Source of the DNA: a virus
Taxonomy: Duplodnaviria; Caudoviricetes
Length of the DNA: 37,471 nucleotides
IMG/VR virus record: IMGVR_UViG_3300044878_000093
Location: 1 to 37,471 of that record
Strand: one strand, 5' to 3'
The notes under the pieces: generated by a model
Database searches by the model: none
What the model was told of the DNA's origin: nothing
What the model saw: the letters and a program-made list of their open reading frames with translations, nothing else
Part shown: positions 33,287 to 37,471 of the stretch, in pieces
Numbering within the stretch: position 1 is the first letter of the stretch
How the letters are laid out: every line of letters starts with the position of its first letter
Position numbers and translations under genes: made by a program

Positions 33287-34753
33287 ATGTCTGATCCAAA
33301 TGTCATCGCCCCTGCAAGTAAACCTCAGGCCATGTTCCTCTCTACTCCTGACTGGGTAGATATATGCTTCTACGGCGGCCAAGCTGGCGGAGGCAAGACT
33401 TGGGCAGGTTTGGCACATCACGCTAAATATATGCACGATCCTTTGTACAGAGGATTGACACTTCGACGAACAACACCAATGCTGCTTAAGCCGGGTGCTG
33501 TTTGGGACGAAGCAAAACAATTATACAGACTTCTTGATCCAGATTGTAGAATTAGGATCAAAGATCTAAAGATTATTGCAAGTTCAGATGCAGAAGTATT
33601 CTTCTCCCACTTTGAACGGGTAGATGATACCGACAACTTTCAAGGCGCTCAAATCTCCAGTTGTGTAATGGAGGAACTTTGTCAGTTTGAAGAGTCTCAG
33701 TTTAACTACATCCTCTCTCGACTTCGTACTAAGGCTAATATGAAGCCTAACATGCGAGCTACCATGAACCCTGACCCAGATTCGTGGGTCCGTAAGTGGG
33801 TTGATTGGTACTTGTACCCAGAAGGTCACGAATTGTTTGGTCGTCCAGACCCAGCAAAGCAAGGTGTAATTAGGTGGTTTGTTCGTCTAGATAATGAAAT
33901 GTTCTGGGCTGATACAAAAGAAGAACTTGCTGAACGATTTCCTGATGCAGTTCCACTCTCATTTAGGTTCATCGCTGCTTCCGTCTACGATAACCCGCAT
34001 ATTGAAAAGAGTTATATTGCTTTCCTTCAAGGTCTTCCTAGAATTCAGAAAGAAATTTTGCTCTACGGGAATTGGGAAGCGCGTCCAGAATCGAATTCCC
34101 TGATCCGGCGTGAGTGGTTCGTGGAATGTGCTGAAGAACCGGCATGGACTGACATTGTAAAAACTGTACGAACTTACGACTTCGCAGGAACTCTTAAGGG
34201 CCCGGATACAGTCTATGATCCTGACTACACTGCAAGTATTAAAATCTCTAAACTAAAAAATGGTGAATACTTTATTCATGACGTTATCCGTACAAGGATT
34301 CGTTTTGGTGAGTGGAGCCGCTTTGTTCTAGAGAATGCACTTCGCGATGGTGTGAAGGTTGATATCGTAATCCCAGAAGATCCGGGACCAAGTGCTAAAG
34401 CTGCAACTATGATGCTGGCACGAGAGATATCTGAGCAAGGTTACTTTGTAAGAACGTTGAAAACGAACCAGAAAAAGATCGACCGTTTCCGCCCATTCGC
34501 ATCATTCACAATGAATGGTGGTATGAAGATCCTTAAGAATTGTGGTAATGACTTTGAGAACAAAGTCTACAATGATCTTTCTTTCTTTTACAAAGAATTG
34601 GAGACATTCACAGGTGAGCGCAAATCAGGCTCACAGGGCCACGATGATCTTGTTGACGTTTGCTCTGATGGATTTATTGTTCTAGCTCAGAAGTTAAGTA
34701 TCCCACTCTTCACTCTTCCGAGTGTCACAAAATCAAATGAATTCAGCTTTTAA
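33287..34753 (+). CDS. terL: terminase large subunit
   Basis: YGGQAGGGKT Walker A, MEEL Walker B, TMNP motif, YDFA and HDDLVD nuclease acidic residues; precedes portal. Confidence 0.93.
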   Translation: MSDPNVIAPASKPQAMFLSTPDWVDICFYGGQAGGGKTWAGLAHHAKYMHDPLYRGLTLRRTTPMLLKPGAVWDEAKQLYRLLDPDCRIRIKDLKIIASSDAEVFFSHFERVDDTDNFQGAQISSCVMEELCQFEESQFNYILSRLRTKANMKPNMRATMNPDPDSWVRKWVDWYLYPEGHELFGRPDPAKQGVIRWFVRLDNEMFWADTKEELAERFPDAVPLSFRFIAASVYDNPHIEKSYIAFLQGLPRIQKEILLYGNWEARPESNSLIRREWFVECAEEPAWTDIVKTVRTYDFAGTLKGPDTVYDPDYTASIKISKLKNGEYFIHDVIRTRIRFGEWSRFVLENALRDGVKVDIVIPEDPGPSAKAATMMLAREISEQGYFVRTLKTNQKKIDRFRPFASFTMNGGMKILKNCGNDFENKVYNDLSFFYKELETFTGERKSGSQGHDDLVDVCSDGFIVLAQKLSIPLFTLPSVTKSNEFSF

Positions 34754-34777
34754 GCCTCTTTACTTTTAAGGAATAAC

Positions 34778-36253
34778 ATGGCAGAAAATGACAATTTAAA
34801 TCTCTCTGCCGGTGATAATCCAGCCCTCCGCATTAAAATGGGGGAGACAGGTTGGACAGGCTTGAGAGAGTTTGATGGTATTATTCTTGAGGAGATGCGT
34901 AAGGATCTCCAATGGCCACGGGCTAATAGAACTTACCAAGAGATGGGTGAAGATGCAACGATTGCTTCTGCCCTTTCCCTGTTTTCAATGATGATTAGCC
35001 GTGTTAGCTGGAAAGTGACACCGCCTGTAGATCCTACAGAAGATGATTTGAAGAAAGTTAAGTTCCTTCAACAGTGTATGGATGACATGGAACATAGTTG
35101 GTTCTCCTTTATTAAAGAAGTAACTAGCATGTTCACATACGGCTACGCTATCCAAGAGAAAGTGTACCGTCGTCGTCGTCTGTCTACAGGCTCTAAGTAT
35201 GATGATGGTCTTGTAGGTATCTCTAAGCTCGCTACACGCTCACAGACTACTATTTATCGTTGGTTGTTTGATGATACTGGTCGTGACCTTCTAGGTGTTG
35301 TTCAAGACACAAGCTTTCTAGTTGATGGTTATAGACTTGCCAATAGTAAAGAATACGGCGGTCAGATTGATATTGATCGTAAGAAGTTTCTTCTATTTCG
35401 TACTGATGTAAGCAGAGATAACCCGCAAGGCCGTTCTCCTCTTTCCAAAGTATACAAGGCATGGCGCTATCGTAAGCAGATTGAAGAATCTGAAGCTGTA
35501 GGCATTACTCGTGGTCTTGGTGGTATTCCTAAGTTTGAATTGCCAGCAGATTACTTGAAAGCTGATAGTACAGACGACCAGAAAGCTACAGTAGAAGCCT
35601 TTAAGAATATTGGCCGCAACCTCCAGAATAATGAACAAGCCTGCATTATTCTTCCTAAGTTTTACGATGACCAGAATAACAGCCTGTTTGACTTTGAACT
35701 GATTGGTCCTCCTAATGCTAGTCAGTACGACACTGACAAAGCAATCATTCGTTGGGATAACAAGATCCTTCAAGCATTGTTCGCTGACATCTTGCAGATG
35801 GGTAACTCGAAAGGTGGCTCCTTCAACCTTGCTGATAGTAAATCATCTATTGTGCATATGGCTGTTGAGAACTACCTGAAAGAGATTCAAGATCCCCTCA
35901 ATACTGATTTGATTCCTCAACTCTTTGCTCTTAATGGTTGGCCGCTAGATCGCCTTCCAAAGTTTGAATATGATCAGATTAAAGAAGAAGATTTGGATGT
36001 TCTTTCCAAGTACTTGCAACGTGCCGCATCTGTTGGTTTGATTAGTATCACTCCAGAGAATATTAACCAAGTTGCTGAGTGGGTTGGATTGCCAACACGT
36101 CACGATTCTGAAATGACTCTAGATGATCTTAAAGCTCAGTTGACAGGTAATACTACAGGTGCTGGTGAAGGCATGACTAGTCCGGGCGCTGGTACATCGA
36201 AGTCACCAATTGGCGAAGGTGATAATTCTGTATCTAATTCGGAGAATACTTAA
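34778..36253 (+). CDS. portal protein
   Basis: 491 aa after TerL; YGYAIQEKVY, NPQGRS.L, GS..LA, DLIPQLFALNG (DUF935-type portal pattern). Confidence 0.88.
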   Translation: MAENDNLNLSAGDNPALRIKMGETGWTGLREFDGIILEEMRKDLQWPRANRTYQEMGEDATIASALSLFSMMISRVSWKVTPPVDPTEDDLKKVKFLQQCMDDMEHSWFSFIKEVTSMFTYGYAIQEKVYRRRRLSTGSKYDDGLVGISKLATRSQTTIYRWLFDDTGRDLLGVVQDTSFLVDGYRLANSKEYGGQIDIDRKKFLLFRTDVSRDNPQGRSPLSKVYKAWRYRKQIEESEAVGITRGLGGIPKFELPADYLKADSTDDQKATVEAFKNIGRNLQNNEQACIILPKFYDDQNNSLFDFELIGPPNASQYDTDKAIIRWDNKILQALFADILQMGNSKGGSFNLADSKSSIVHMAVENYLKEIQDPLNTDLIPQLFALNGWPLDRLPKFEYDQIKEEDLDVLSKYLQRAASVGLISITPENINQVAEWVGLPTRHDSEMTLDDLKAQLTGNTTGAGEGMTSPGAGTSKSPIGEGDNSVSNSENT

Positions 36254-36958
36254 TTGACAGTATATGCCTATAATCCAGACCCAGAAGATGAGTCTAAAGC
36301 AAAGTTAAATATCTCAGATGCCCGACATACAGCCGCCGCAGTCGCGGCCTTAGGTCCGGGCTTCAGAGGTAACAAAGTTCAAATTCCAGAAGAAGACTTG
36401 CCAGCAGTTAAACGTAAAGTACGAGCTGCCTACAAGAAATACTTCCCAGACAATGAACTTCCAGACATCCTCAAAGCATCTGAAATGCTAGACATGTTCT
36501 CATCTTTCATTGACAAATTCTTCACTAAAACTTCTGATGAACAAGTAGTTGAAGAAGTCAACGAAGAGATGGTTAGTTATGAAGTTGTCTATGAGCCTCT
36601 AGTGAAGGATGCTCACGGAGAATGGATGTCAGAAGAAACCATTGCTGAAGCTTGTGACAACTTCAACCATTACCTTGAGAAAGGCGTGGTTACATCCAAC
36701 CTCTTCCATCTTGAATCTACTAATGCATTCACCATTGAATCTACTTGGGTTCAAAAGGAATTGGATGTAAAAGTTATTCAAACTGGTGAGATTATCAAAG
36801 CTGGTACTTGGGTCGCAAAACTGCGGTATCACAGCGAAGAGTTGTGGAACCTCAAGAAAGCTTCCGTGATTGGCGGAGTTAGCATTGGCGGAAAAGGTAG
36901 GATCAATCCTAAGACTGGTGAAATCACCAATGTCACATTTGATGGTGGTGAAGAATGA
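36254..36958 (+). CDS. prohead protease (XkdF-like) with extra N-terminal domain
   Basis: VYEP...DAHGE, N..H, IES, GTWV, W......GGVSIGG; follows portal. Confidence 0.8.
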   Translation: MTVYAYNPDPEDESKAKLNISDARHTAAAVAALGPGFRGNKVQIPEEDLPAVKRKVRAAYKKYFPDNELPDILKASEMLDMFSSFIDKFFTKTSDEQVVEEVNEEMVSYEVVYEPLVKDAHGEWMSEETIAEACDNFNHYLEKGVVTSNLFHLESTNAFTIESTWVQKELDVKVIQTGEIIKAGTWVAKLRYHSEELWNLKKASVIGGVSIGGKGRINPKTGEITNVTFDGGEE

Positions 36959-37471
36959 CTTTGATCATTAAAACAAAAGACGATAGCAAGCGTCCGCATC
37001 TTGCACTGACTCATAAAGTCTTGCAGGGCGGCGCGGCGAACGGGCGTAACGTTTCTCTCTTGATGAAAGCAGATGTAGAGATTACCCCAGAAATTACAAA
37101 GGCTCTTGAAGCTTTGGGTATTGACGTTAACAAATCAATGTACGCATCCAAGATCAGTGAAGCACTTTCTAGTGCAGTTCGTGAAGCTTTCGGTGATGAC
37201 GATCATTGGCTGTATGTAGAAGACTATAATGATTCCATTGTTCTCTTCTGTAGTGAGGGCGGTCTATTCTCGGTAGATTACTCTCTTGTAGATGGAAAAG
37301 TTACTTTAGGTGACTTGGCCAAACCTATGTCTCGGGTTATTTCTTATGAACCTGAGTCTGGGGAAATGCTTCTGTCTGAAGATGCGGAAGACAAACTTGA
37401 AGAAGGAATCTATAGCCTTGTAACTAAAGCCCTTCAAAATGATAGTACTAAAGAACATCTAGTTGAGATGT
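36955..37471 (+). CDS. putative scaffold / head assembly protein (truncated at window end)
   Basis: ATGA overlap with protease; open to window end; PHLAL...QGGAANG...LLMK N-terminus. Confidence 0.6.
   Translation, partial: MTLIIKTKDDSKRPHLALTHKVLQGGAANGRNVSLLMKADVEITPEITKALEALGIDVNKSMYASKISEALSSAVREAFGDDDHWLYVEDYNDSIVLFCSEGGLFSVDYSLVDGKVTLGDLAKPMSRVISYEPESGEMLLSEDAEDKLEEGIYSLVTKALQNDSTKEHLVEM

Noticed and set aside
31445-34753. terL split by an intron or HNH insertion
   Set aside because: The downstream ORF is a complete TerL with its own Walker A/B; the upstream ORF duplicates the same domain rather than complementing it.
121-37014. Many antisense ORFs in the six-frame track (e.g. 121-408, 3656-3973, 13082-13426, 26475-26915, 35393-35773)
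   Set aside because: They overlap better-supported genes or structured regions on the opposite strand and lack RBS or motifs.

Overview
Fragment of an AT-rich tailed phage genome that uses sigma70-type promoters (host not determinable from the sequence; a Gammaproteobacterium is plausible). It has three blocks. (1) 1-10788, + strand: many small accessory or early-type ORFs behind a series of consensus-like promoters, preceded by an RHH + HTH cassette with a structured upstream region. (2) 11539-25153, - strand: small ORFs plus an HD/SpoT-like hydrolase, dCMP deaminase, ClpP-like protease and PhoH-like ATPase. (3) 26027-37471, + strand: packaging/head module (putative TerS, fibre-like protein, TerL, portal, prohead protease, truncated scaffold-like ORF). 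Five free-standing HNH endonucleases are present. No tRNA, rRNA, CRISPR array or integrase was seen. The most unusual signals are: four phased NrdR-box-like sites plus a Fur-box-like site in a gene-free region (10810-11393); a promoter-driven structured RNA with three anti-Shine-Dalgarno loops (26258-26536); a ~450-nt highly structured non-coding element at the strand switch (25410-25850); and a degenerate ATPase-only paralogue of the terminase large subunit (31445-32167). All calls come from reading motifs by eye; no searches or folding programs were run.
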